Of a stretch of DNA of 64,000 nucleotides, positions 26,736 to 39,484 are shown in pieces. Every line of letters begins with the position of its first letter. The first letter of the stretch is position 1. A program made the translations under genes and the position numbers. The stretch comes from Camelus ferus (taxonomy: Eukaryota), in contig NC_045697.1 of NCBI RefSeq assembly GCF_009834535.1, positions 19,222,001-19,286,000 on the forward strand. The letters run 5' to 3'. The notes beneath the pieces are model-generated. The model was not told the origin of the DNA, made no database searches, and saw only the letters and a list, made by a program, of their open reading frames with translations.

Positions 26736-28999
26736 GTAAGTGGTGAGTTCAAAAAAGAGAGCTGGCACAGTTTTAGAGTAACTTTCTACCGTGCCTTTTA
26801 TGAATCATTTACTTTGAAATCTATGATGAAAATTGTGTTCATTCTTGTCTCTTTTTTCTTTTTGTTGTTTATTGTGTTTACTGTTTGAGAATACTATGTG
26901 AGGTATGCGTGATACACACAGATACACACACACACACATATATATAATAACGTATCATGCATGCTGAATTGTATGAATGAAGTGCTGAACTTTGAGGGAG
27001 AACATCCTTTCATATGGCAGCTTAATCTATGGTAGAAAGTAAAAATTAGGGAAGACCTTGGAAACCTGAGTTCCAGTCCTCGTTCTGCCACTGAACAATG
27101 TGACTTTGAGCCAGTTGGTTTATTTTAACTTGAGTTGCCATTCCCAATAGGCACGTTTCATAGTATTTTGTTTTGCTTTCCCAGTTCTACACTTTTATTA
27201 AGTGTATTACCCTGCTGTATTTGACGCATGAAGCACTAAATCGGTTTACCTTTAAAGAAAATTAAATTGTGTTTGTGTTTAGAAAACGTACTTTTTTTTG
27301 TTGCTAGAAAGTGGAGCTTCTCCCAAAGGTGGTTTTAACATGTACAATTTTTATTATAATTCTTTTATAAACACTGTCTTCTTTGAAAATGTTTACAATA
27401 TGAAGAATACATTTTGATAGGAAGGTGAAATTTAAGTATTTTAGATATTATTAATTATAGAATTTATTTATAAATATTTAGACTTCTTGCAACATTACAG
27501 AGTTTAAATTTAAAATGGTATATGTCTTGTAGTAGAAATCACTTGAAAAGCTCTTTATTCCTATTATTACCTGCCTGATTCATTTCTCAGTCTTTATAAC
27601 CTTTTTGAAACAGTGTAAATAGAACAAGAGTCCAAAGAATGGAGAGCAAAATTTAATCACTGATCTGTTGAAAACTTCACAGAAATTTCATCTTTGAGAC
27701 AAATCATGATATATGAGCATTCTCTAATTTGAATTTTTCTGTCCCATTGTTACAGCTTTCCTAAAGTTATGATTTAGGAAGGGTTCTAACTTCAAAACAA
27801 TGTTATTAAATAAAGCCCTAAGTTTGCAAATAATTAGTCAGTGACTATGCGCTTGTGTTCATTTCTGTGATTTTAATTATATAGTTTAATGCAGACATAA
27901 TGCAAGCAGACTGGGGAGACACTAAACTCATACAAGAGGAGGGTCGGAAGGACAGATTGTAAATGCAGTGAATACTGGCAGCGTGTGACCTCAGTCCTTT
28001 CACTTGCCCTGTGCTGCAAGATAGTGATGGTTGCAAAGTTTAATCTATATCTGGGCCAGCTCCGCTGTTTGAATATTAGCAACCTATGTTTAATTGAATT
28101 ATGTGTCCTTAAGCTTGCCATATGCAGCACTGATTCATCAGTATATGATTTTGTTTGAAAATGATAGCTTTTTGGAGTTGCAGTTCCTCCTCAGAATCCG
28201 TACTTGTTCAGTATCCGAAGTGTGCCTAGATGTATCCCCTAAAGCTAAGTAGTTCTTTACTTTGCTTTTCGTGTCTGTAAGTACTTTTTGGTGGGACAGG
28301 CTGTCCATATGTGCATTAAAATAAAACACTTAACACTAGATGTGAATAATTTAAGTTTTTAGTGATTGTGATATACAGAGAAATGTGAACTTTTAAATAT
28401 AAAAAGGTACAAGAGTTGATTTTAAGTTCAATATAATGTTTTAGAAATGCTGGAGTTTATTATCCCTGAAAAAATAACTTTTGCCAGAGTATACTTCGAG
28501 AGCTCTATCTCCACCCAGTGGCACAAAAGTAATACTCCACTCTAGTTATAAAAGCATAAAGACTTGGCAGTAGGACCAGAGTCTAGAGTAGGATGAAGGC
28601 TCTCCATTATATATCCTTTTGAGTGGTCTAAATCTGCACCATGGGTATGTGTAATTGGTCTAAGTATGAAGTAATGACAAGGAAACCTGCCTGTGGTGCA
28701 TTAGTAGCAAAGTAAGAGATTGTAAAACCATACTCAGAATAATACTGTCTATATTTAATTATGTATAAATTAAAAAACATATTATCAAGTGTTAGCTCTG
28801 TGTGGATAGGAGAACAGATGATAATTGTTTTCCTATTACCTTTATAGTATCTACTAAATATTCATAGTGGGAATGTAGTTGTAATTTATTTAAAGTTTCT
28901 TATTATAAAGCACTTTAGATGTGCTTAAAAGTTCTGAAAATGAATTGCCCATCTACTACAAAGGTAAACAGATTTCAGTATTTTTGCTCTATTCATCTT

Positions 29000-31900
29000 T
29001 CTTTTCCTCTGAAAAGGAAAACACATCACCTCCCCTTCCCACTATTCTAAGTGGGAATCTAAGCCTGTTGTGCTTTTATTACATGCAGATATATCTATAT
29101 ATAAGTAATAGATACAACTGTTGTTTGTAGAAAAATATACATAAATGTCATCAAACTGTAGGTATCATTTTTCAACTCTTTTTGCTTCAAGGTATGTTTT
29201 AGAAAATTTCCATGTTTATATATATATATAAATTAGTTAAATTCACTTCAACTGTTTAACATAAGTTAACCACAGTGTATCTGTTTATTTATTATAATAA
29301 TAACCACAGTTTATCCATTTTTCTACTCAAATAAGTTCTTTCTACTTTTTTGCCCTTGCAACCAATACTGCAAATGAGCATCCTTATCTCTTATCTCCTT
29401 GTTCCTAACTTTGAGAGTTTCTCTGGGTAGACACCTAGAAATGGATCACCAAGTCCTTGGGAAGGCACCTCTTACTAGTTGTCGCCAAGTTGCTTTCAGA
29501 ATGGTTCTGTCAGTTTACACACTTAACTGTTTTTAAGAGTGCCTGTCTGCCTGTATCCTTACCAATACTTGGAATGATCTGATTTATCTGTTTTGTAACT
29601 TGAATGGGAGTTATATGATATCTTAGTGCTATTAGAATTTTTATTTCTTTGATGACTACTGAATTTTTAGATACCGTATAGCTTGTTTTTTGTTTTTTGT
29701 TTTTAGTTACTTGTGTTACCTTTCTTTAAAAAGTTACACTTCAGTTGCTTGTTGCTGATATGTAGGGAAAAGCTGTTGATTTTAGTACACTGATTTTGTA
29801 TACAGAAACACTGAATTCTTCTATGCAAGTGTCTTGGATTTTTTTGTGTGGACAATAATAATGAGTTGTTTTTTGCTTTCCAATTGTTAACCCAATCTAA
29901 GACCTCTAGTAAAATGTTGAATTAAAGTGCTAAGGTGATTGCAGGCAAATGGTGAATGCTGTTTCTGACTTTAAATAGAATGCGTCCAGTATTTCATCAT
30001 AAAGTGTTTTGTTTTTTTCTTTTGCTCTGTTTTTCATGGATCACTTTTAAGTTAAGGAAATTAATCTCTATTTCTATTTTGCTAAGAATGGTTTTTCTTT
30101 TAAATCAACTTTACCAAATTCTTTTTCTTTTTTATAATTGAGGTATAGTTGGTTTTCAGTGTTGTGTTAATTTCTGGTATACAACAGAGTGATTCAGTTA
30201 TATCCAAATTATTCTGTATAATTTGAGGTATTTGCTTGTTTCTTTTTTTATTGTGTTGAATTTTAATCTGTTTAAATGCATTCCTTTAAATGTCAGTGAA
30301 GCTATTTTTGTCACAATGTTCTGTTTTTACAATAATTAGATTTGGTTTGCTATATTATTTTATTTAGGGTTTTTACATTTTTAATCATACATTAAATTAT
30401 TCAGTAATTTTCCTTCCTGACACTCTTTGATTTTGATATCAAGATTACATTAGCATCATAAAATAAACCAAGGAATACTCCTTTTTCTTCCATTTCAATT
30501 TTTTCCCTGCTCTTACAGAGGCAATGTAGTACTTAAGAATTTGGGCTCTGAAACAAGATTCCTTGGGTTTGAATCCTTACTCGTCCATTTTATCCTATCC
30601 TATCCTTACTCCTACATATATATGTAATGTTGTCTAGTATTTTGTTTTGTTTTCAGTCTCTCACAAAACATTATTTTTTATTTGTGTAACTTTTTGAGAG
30701 GTACTCTCTCTGAGTCTCAGCTTCCTTGTTTGTAAAATGTAGCCTATCTTGTGAAGTTTTCATGTAATTTAAATTAAATACTACTCCTAAAACACTTAGA
30801 ACAGACCCTGGCCCATAATAATCCTCAGTATATGCTTTGAAGTTTATTCTGTATTCTGAAATATAAGATACAGATTATTCCATGAATATTTTGAAGAGAT
30901 TGCCTATAAATTGAGCTCTGTGTGTTGGCATGAGGGAAGGAGACAGATTTTAAAATTATTGATTCAATTTCTTATAATGGTTCTAAGTCTAGATTATTAA
31001 GTTATGTATTTCTAAAATATTGTCTGTTTTATCTGAGTTACAAAATTTGTTGGCTTAAAGTTGTCCATAGTATTTTATATGGCTAAAAAAAACTCACATC
31101 TTTACATCTTCTTTTAATTTCTCCTCACTTTATTAATCTGACACAATTTGTCTATTTTATTTCACTCTTTGATTCTACAGAGAGCTAATAACTTGGTTGG
31201 TTTTGTTGATATTCTCTATTTCTGATCTTATCTTTTATTATTTTTTTTTTTTTTTGGATTACTTCATTTGTTTTTAATATTTAGACACCTAGCTTGTGAA
31301 TTTTCAGCCCTCCCTTTTCCCTTAATGTATGATTTTATGGCTATGAGTTTCCCTCTAAGAACCACTTTAACTGAATCTGCAAGTTTTGATATGTGTAGTT
31401 TGATTATCATCTAGTTTTAAAATGTTTCCAACTTTTAATATGTTTCTTGCAAAAGCCATTTTTCAATTGTTTTATTCAGTCACTGTTCGGAAATACTTAA
31501 TGTGTTTCTCTGTTCATCATTGCATTTTGTTTTGTTTTGTTTTGTTTTTGTTCATCATTGCATTTTGCTTTTTACTCTTTCCTTTTTTCCCCCTTCTTTG
31601 AAAATACATTCTTTAGTAAAAGTTCTTTCATTGAGCAGCTGGGAGTGGTGAATTCTCTCAGTCGTTGCCTGAAAATGTCTTTATTTTCACTCTCACTTGA
31701 AAATAATAGTTTAACTGGATATCAGATTCTAGATTAGCAGTGATTTCTCCCAGAGTATTTTGAAAATATTTGTCATTATTTTCAGGCTTCTTATTGTTAC
31801 TGTTGAGAAGTTTTAGTCAGTGTTCCATGTAATCTGTTCAGGTAATTGTTTTTAGGTAATTTCTTATTTCTTTCTGATTGCTTAGAAGATGTTTTCATTT

Positions 31901-33200
31901 TCTTTTGTTATATGATTTCACTATAATCTAATTAGGTGTGGAAATTTTTCCGTGATATTTGGCGTGCTATTGAATCTGAAGATGTGTATCTTTTTTTCAA
32001 TTAAGGAAATGGAAAAATTAGCCATTTTTCTCTTTGAATATTATTTTCTCTCTATTCGCGCCTACTAGGATATTAGTTGTATAGAAATATTAAGACTAGT
32101 ATTAGCCTATTACTTATATATTGGATCTTATTTTATCCTACACATCTCTACCTTTCTTTTTATCTAATTTTGCTGCAGTCAGAGAAATTTCTTCAGGTCT
32201 GCCTTCTAGTGTACTTGTTCTTTCTTCAGCTCTAATTTTGTTCAACCTATTCTTTGAATTTTTAATTTTAGTGACTGTTTTCATTGGTTCTCCTTGAGTC
32301 TTTATTAACTCTGCCTGTTTTTTTAATGCCTTGATCTTTGCTCATACTTTTCAATTTTTATTTTATAGTTGAATGGTTTTAAACATCGTTAATTTTTACT
32401 TTTTTTGGATAATTGTATTATTTGATGTTCTTGATAGATTAATGTAGCTGTTCCTTCAGTTTGGTTACTAGATCGCCTTCTCCTGTGTCATAGTTTTTTT
32501 AGTAAGCTATCTTAAAGGGTCTTGCTTTTTTTCCTCCCCCATGGAAAGCATTAGTGAGAAGGAGTAGTCCTCAACGTCGTTTCTTTTGCTTCTGGCAGTA
32601 GTTTCAAGGGCTTCCCCTACTCAGGACCATTTCTTTGGTTAACCTTTTGGATTTAGATTTCACAGACCCTTTTGGGTAGTATAAACTTGAGCTAGTATGA
32701 GTTAGCTCGTATTGGGTTTGAGTATTGAATACCCAGAGTATTGAGTTTTTCACAAGAACCTTTTAAAACTCCTGTATCCAGAGAGCATGCAGTGAAGGAA
32801 GTTCCCTTGCTCATTGGTCAGAGTTTTTCCCTAATACACCCTCCCATTGAGGAATGTAGCCCATCTGGGCCCAGGCTCTTATCCAGAACTCTCACTCACA
32901 ATTCCTCTCCTTACCTCATATGGGCTCAGGACATCATTTATATCCCCAAATTAAAACCCAAATCTTTACATTACTGAGACCCAGAACCTCCCACAGCAGT
33001 TCCAGTGTCACTCACAGGCCTGTTAGCTCTGACTTTTAGTCCCTCTGCTTTGGCATCTGAGAATTTTGTCTTCTTTCTTGCAAACTCAGCTATGCATTTA
33101 AAACTATTGTTAGATTTTATTCAGCATATTGAAGTGTTTAAAGGTATTTAAAGTGTGTGACTAGGGGCTGGGAATGGTGGTCAGATTTCTTTGACTGCTG
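29000..33200 (-). mobile_element. Cluster of old antisense L1M/HAL1-like fragments with a nested MIR (~30523-30835)
   Basis: T-rich degenerate sequence with antisense L1 ORF1-type motif 'gaattctctcag...tgaaaatgtctttattttcactctcacttgaaaataatagtttaactggatatcagattctag' and HAL1-like 'ctcagctatgcatttaaaa...attttattcagcat'. Confidence 0.55.
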
Positions 33201-34680
33201 TATTACTAAAACTATTAGTTCATATACTAATTATTATTTTTGGTTGTTGGTGGCAGGGGGTACTCCCTTATTGAAAACCAGATTTTATCTTGTCGTAAGA
33301 AAATATAGTTTGCAAAATAGTGTCATAGTAAATGGCTATGCTTTCATGTGTAATTATTGATATTAGAATGAAAAATTATTTTTTAGAAGTTAAAATTATT
33401 ATCTTAGAAGTTAACTTCTATATAGTGAATTTCAGTGTTTCATTTAACTACTTATAAGTTGCAGGTGGGGGTGGCTGTCAGCCTTCAGTGAAAGGGAGCA
33501 GAATGTGTGAAATAATGAGGTAGAAATGTGGTCAGAATCTAAATTGATGTCTTAAACTTATTATTTTAAAAATGGAGCAATTCTGAATGATGGCAAGACG
33601 AGGCAGGGCATGAGAGTGGGTGGAGGTTCATGTCTGGTGAGAAGAGATGAAAACCACGGTTGGTTATGGTGTTGGGTACGTCTCAGAGAGGAGATTGTTC
33701 CGGTTGACGATAGGCTGGATGGACTGGTAAGAGAGAGAATGACCAGGAAGCGACTGATGAAGTGGAAGTGAAAGATACACGTGGCCTAAAAATGTGAGCT
33801 TCAGAGGAACATGTTTTTATAAAAGGATGTGGGAGTAAGGGTGTACAGACAGTGTTGGGGAGTGGGAAGACCATCAACCTGATGATCTGATGCTGTAGTA
33901 CATGAGGTGAGGTGCATAAGAATGAACAGCTTCAGCTTGGAAAGGTTGTTCTTAGGAGAGCTATGTTTCAATTAAGGCAAAGAAATGAAATACCCATCCA
34001 GTGAAGATCTGAGCACGTAGAGGAAGTTTGTTTACTACCTGCATGGGTCTAGACTGAGACTGGTAGCAGGAACAAGGTAGTCTAAGACTTCTGGTTAGTT
34101 CCACAGTGGTCAGTGTTCTCTTGAGGTCTGCTCAGTTTTGGTCAGAACTCTTCCTGACTCGGAAAACTGTATATACCATATTTAAATAATCCTTGATTTA
34201 AGATTTCTCAAAGTTCAAACAAGTTGGGCTATCTCAAGAAATAGCCATTGAAAAATCCAACCTGTGTTTTTCTTCTTTTAATATTAAAATTCATTAAAAG
34301 ATTTGCAACAAAGTACAGATGCCTTATAAATATGCTATGTTGATTTTTAAATTTAAAGATTTATTCTCTTTTGTAAATGTTTAAGAATTGATGTTTTTTA
34401 TATGAAAAAAACCACGTATTTGTACTTCTGTTTATTTTTTAGACCTGTTTTCATTTGTGTTACATTCTTTTCTCTCTCTCTCCTTTATTTCTTAACTTTC
34501 CTGAGAAGTGGTACAGGTGGATGGAGGGTGGTAATACTTGGGCAGTTACTTACTTGAATAAAGGTAGATTAAATGCTGACATAGTAGTAACGTCAGTTCC
34601 CTTCGGCGTGTTTTTGTAGTGTGCGTGAAAGGAGCACTGGATTTTACGAGTGTGTTTATTTTTTTATGCTTGGTTTTCAG

Positions 34681-34955
34681 GGACCATGGCTAAGCCCGCC
34701 GGATCACTGGCCAGAAGCAGCAGCCTGTGCCGCTCCCCGCCGCAGCGTGGTGCCGGCCTCGCCGCAGCCCCAGCGCGCCCAGCCCCCTCCGCACGCCGCG
34801 CCCCTGGCGCACGCCCGGCACCCCCACCACCCCCCGCACACGCAGCACTCGCTGCCTTCCCCTGATCCAGATATCCTCTCAGTGTCCAGTTGCCCTGCTC
34901 TTTATCGAAATGAAGAGGAGGATGAGGCCATTTACTTCTCAGCTGAAAAGCAATG
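34681..34955 (+). CDS. STIM2: STIM2 exon 12 (Pro/His-rich region); apparent +1 frameshift at C-run 34735-34738
   Basis: ttttcag|...|gtatta; GTMAKPAGSLARSSSLCRS lies in ORF 34650..34865 and RRSVVPASPQ...DPDILSVSSCPALYRNEEEDEAIYFSAEKQW lies in ORF 34621..34962; 275 nt where the flanking phases require 274. Confidence 0.93.
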
Positions 34956-35027
34956 GTATTAGCCGTGAATTAACTACAGTACATGTTGGGCTGGGCAGTG
35001 GGAGGAGGGTGGGGAGGAGGGCTCTGT

Positions 35028-35620
35028 TGTGTTCACTTTCCGTTGCTGCATGACGTTACCACAGACTTAGTGGCTTCTAACACCCATTTATTAGCTCTCG
35101 GTTCTGTACACCGAAGTCCAAGTTTGGTGTGGCTCAGTTTTCCGCTCACAAGGCTAAAATCAGTTTGCTGGCTGGGTTTTGTTCTTATCTGTAGCTTGGG
35201 GGGCCTCATCAATGCTCACTTGGTTGTGACCGAATTCAGTTTCATGTGGTTATAGCATTGACGTTCTGTTTTCCGTGCTTGCTCTCAGCTCAGGGGCTGC
35301 TCTCCGTTTCGAGACGGGGCCCACTGTTCCTTGCTCCACGTGGTCTCCATCTGCAAAGGCAGCAGCAGAGAATTTCCCTTCTGGCAAAGCCCTCCTTTGC
35401 TTTGCATCTCTGATTTCCTTTATCTGTCCAAATTCAAGAGGCTTAAGCTGGATAGTAATCTACCTATATTAAGATCGACTGGTTTGGAGCCTAATTACAC
35501 CTACAAAATCCCTTCATAGCAGCACCTAGATTAGTGTTTGATTGAATAACTAACTGAGAGAAGATGTGTGTATACCAGGGCTGGGAATCTGGGGACCATC
35601 TTAGAATTCTGCCCACCAGA
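35028..35620 (-). mobile_element. MaLR solo LTR (MLT1E-like)
   Basis: Right end ggggaccatcttagaattctgcccacca is the reverse complement of the MLT1 start; left part 'ttaccacagacttagtggctt...catttattagctc' is the antisense MLT1 3' end. Confidence 0.8.
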
Positions 35621-35911
35621 GGCATAGGATATTTTCAGATATAACTGTTCAGAGGCCATTGTACACAACTGACTCAAGTCTCAGAACATAAACTTGTCTT
35701 ATGAACAGTTTTATATGTGAAATATAAAGGCATGGGCTTAAATAAGCTTGAGCACAAAGAAATATTAAATATAACTGACAGGTTTTAAAATATTTGTTGC
35801 CACTTAGTGATTTGTTCTGTTATGTGCTAGTACTTGCTGCAAACAGGCAGTATCAGATACTAAAAGTTTAAGAAAATGTCAGGAATTTGAAGGAAGAAAT
35901 TATATTCATAA

Positions 35912-35915
<4 letters not shown>

Positions 35916-35948
<33 letters not shown>
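35916..35948. repeat. Poly(T)33 tract
   Basis: Uninterrupted run of 33 T with no recognisable SINE body next to it. Confidence 0.95.
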
Positions 35949-35949
<1 letters not shown>

Positions 35950-38094
35950 TATAAAGTGGATATAGCCACAGTGTATTGTCCAACCCGAGGACGCCAGTGC
36001 TCAGTGAGACCTGTTGCTATTGGCGATCTCTCTCTCTAAACCATCTTCTTCTTTGGAATAGATGGTATTAAGTGACAGAAAAACTGGCATTAGTTTCTCA
36101 TTTTGCCACTTAGTAGCCGTGTGGCCCTGAAGTCTGTTCTCATAAGAGAAATAAAACCAAAGGGAATGGATTAGACACTCTGCATGAGCCTTGGTGACTG
36201 TCATGTGATTCTTCTGTCAACATCAGCCTCAAGTAATCATTTTTCACACATAATTGTTTCATCTGCTAGTGAAGGTGAATTTTATGATTAGCCAGCGATC
36301 ATTATAACATATCCTAAGGAGGTAATCCAAGGTTTGTGTCCTCATTGCCGCTGAAGAATCTGATGCAGCTTTGCTTGGTTAGCACTTTACGGTTAGCTTT
36401 TTTGTCTAGTCTTTGGAGTACAGCTATAGTTACCAGGAAGATGGCTTTACCGACAGAACTAAATGTGTGTGAGGTATGGAAATTAGGAGGAAAACTCTGG
36501 AGCTCTGCTGTCCAGGAGAGTTCTTTGCGTTGATGGAAATGTTCGGTCCTCATTTCAAAGAGCACTGTCAAAAATTCAGTTAGCTCATAAATATGAGAAG
36601 AGTTCAGATTCAACAAACTTTTCTTCCTCTCCATTTTAGTCTTTTAAGTGTTGAACCACCAGAATCCTTACAAAATAATAATAAAAGCATTTACTCTTTA
36701 CTGATATTTTATGTTCTGCGTATTGTCGCACACGTATGCTCCTTTAAACCTTACCTTGAGTTAGGTCTTGCTATACTTGCATTAAATTTACAGGAATTCA
36801 ACTACACATCACTATGGGAAAAATAGAAAAATAGGAAAATAACATAAATAGTGCATACAGTTAAGTTGAACATTCCAAAAAATATATGCTCTAGAAAAAA
36901 TGGGCGATCTTAAGGTGCACTGGACCATTATATACTCTAAATTTGACTTGTTAGGCAAAAGAAGCAGCATTTCAGTTTATTATGTTTTGGAGTTAGGCTG
37001 TTAGAACTATAAGTAATATCAGAGATTAATTAAATTCTCTTACTTAGACAGGAAAATTGAGGTCTGGTAAAATTAAGTGATTTGCCCACGGTTGTACAGC
37101 TGATTAACTGCAGGACCAGGACAGAAATCTAGGTCTCCCAGTGTAGATCAGTATTCTTTCCACACATTATTTAGACTTTTAGAAACTTGTTTTTGAAATA
37201 TTTTAAACCTAGGTTAGAATTTCACATACAAAGCAGCCAAACAACACAGCAGAATAGAAAGTAAATTCATAAAATTTTAACTAAATCAGCTTCTGGCTCT
37301 GGAAGCTAAGCAGCCTCACAGTGATATATGCTGTGTGATTAATGGACATCTTCTCCAAAAAGAAGCGTAGCAGAAAGGTCCCCACCAGTGATTGATTTCT
37401 GAGTCATTTCTTCTATCTGAACTGCCTCTTAACCTCTGTTAGCACTGTCCACCATCAAACTGTAAAAGCACTTAAAAATTACGCAGTAAATGTGACTGTA
37501 GTAAATGAAAGCATCACTTAAGTCCTTATTTGCCCAGGGGATATTGTACCTTCTGAGAGCTTGTAGTGTATCAAAGACAGTCTTCACACATGTGTGTGAG
37601 TAAAGTGCGTAGAAAAGGCTGATATTACATTCAGCCATCTAATATGTATATCTGAAATGTATTAAAATAAATACATGTCAGAAGCAATAAACATGCATGT
37701 CATAATATGAATGTTAGTAATCATAGGTCATCCAAGGTGAGTAGTATTCGGTTCCGTCACTGTATAAATGTGGCTATAGTCCTTGCTGTGTGCTGGGTAC
37801 TTGCTGATAACTTGAGCTGCCAAGACGGAAGAGGCAAGTCCTGGCCTCCTTCCAGCTGGTGGATCATGATCATATGTGTGTTCCTGCCCTTCTGTCTTCA
37901 GCTCTCTTCCTTCTCCCATCTTAATTTCTTTTGCCAGTTACTTTTTACCTTGAGTCCACTTTTCACTTCTTAGTCATTCCTTTCATAGAGTGGACACTAT
38001 TCATCTCAGGCACGATACATACAAAAACGAATAAAACATGATCCCTGTTGTTCAAGATCGACCAGCCTCCCTTCCTCCTCCCTCCCTCCCGTAA

Positions 38095-38790
38095 TTATTA
38101 AATATCCACTCTGAGCTTGTCACTATTCCAGAGAATACAGAAATTAATAAGACTCCTTGTCCTCATAAGTTTCCTTTCTTCTGGGGAAATTGACCACAAA
38201 GAAGTTAATATAAAATATGTTAGGTAGTGGTAAGTTCTGAGATGCTAACTATGAGGAAAGAGAATGCTGCTTTTGGTAGGGCTGTTCAGGGCGGCGTCTC
38301 TGGAGGGGGAGCGTTTGAGCAGTGACCTGAGTGACATGGAGAGGTAAGCCATGTGGAAATGGAGGGGAGACGATATGAGGCAGAGGGAATAGCAAGTGCA
38401 GCAGCCCTGAGGGGGTGACAAGATTGGCGTGTGGCGGGGGCAAGGACGGGCTATGGTGGGAAGAGGCAGAGAATAGCCAGACGTGCCGCGGGAGGGATAA
38501 CCGTGGACCTGACCGTGGAGAGCGTTGTGGACTTTGGCAAGGACTTCGGATCTGAGCCTGCGTATGGGAGGAAGCACTGCAGAGTGCTGAGTGAGGGAGT
38601 GCTGTGCCCTGATTGAGTTTGTAGAAACCGCTTTAACAGCCAGCTGTGTAGAGGAGGAGCCAAGGGGGAAGAACTAGAATGGAAGCTGTTGTAACCGTTG
38701 AGGTAACTGCCTGGTGGCGCAGGAAGAAGGGTGAGTTTGAGGTATTTTGAAGGAATAGCTTGATCGCATTTACTCTGTGTTGGCTTTGGG
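38095..38790 (-). mobile_element. LINE-2 fragment
   Basis: Antisense L2 motifs 'gagtgacatggagaggtaagccatgtgga...ggcagagggaatagcaagtgcagcagccctgagg...ggaagcactgcagagtgctgagt'. Confidence 0.7.
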
Positions 38791-39484
38791 GTTGTAAGCT
38801 TTAGTTTCCCAGTCCTCTTTTATTTTTTCTTTCCACTGTAGAGAAGGGAGGAGGGGTATCACAAAGAAATAAACTTGTGAGAATTTATTGAATGTTCCCC
38901 CCCCCAAAATAGCTCTATATCATTGCCTTTCACCTGCCATCCACTCCCCACCCTCAGCATCCTTCCCCTCTCTTTTAAACTTGGGAGGACTTATATTTTA
39001 GCTTAGTTATATTCTTTCCTTCCTTCATTAGGAAGCTATATTTAATCAATTTAATGACTGACAAAGGGAGTGCCAGTGATTAAAATTCATCTTTTCAAAT
39101 ACATGATGTCAACTGTGATTTAGAAAGAAAAATTTTCAGTATTGAAACAACATGAAAGTAGGTGAAATGATTTTAAAAATCCATAAAATGCAAACATTTT
39201 CATTTCTCTGACAATTAAAAGAGGTATAACTTAAAAGTTACAATGTTTTTTAGATTCAAAGATGTCATTATCATGATTTATGTTAAAAATTAAACACTGA
39301 GTTTTGATAAGTTATATTAAAGTAGTAATTTTGTTAAAATGTGTATAGAATTTTAACATCTCTCTCTTTTATATTTCGATAAACAGTGGGAAGTTGTTTT
39401 GGTTAGAATAAATTAAGAATGTCTGCTGGTACCCTTAAGAACATTACTGATTTAAAATTTTATCTTTACCTCTATCTCATCCAG

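Noticed and set aside
34956..39484. Primate STIM2.3 alternative exon
   Set aside because: That exon is reported as primate-restricted; no Alu or matching exon is visible in this intron.
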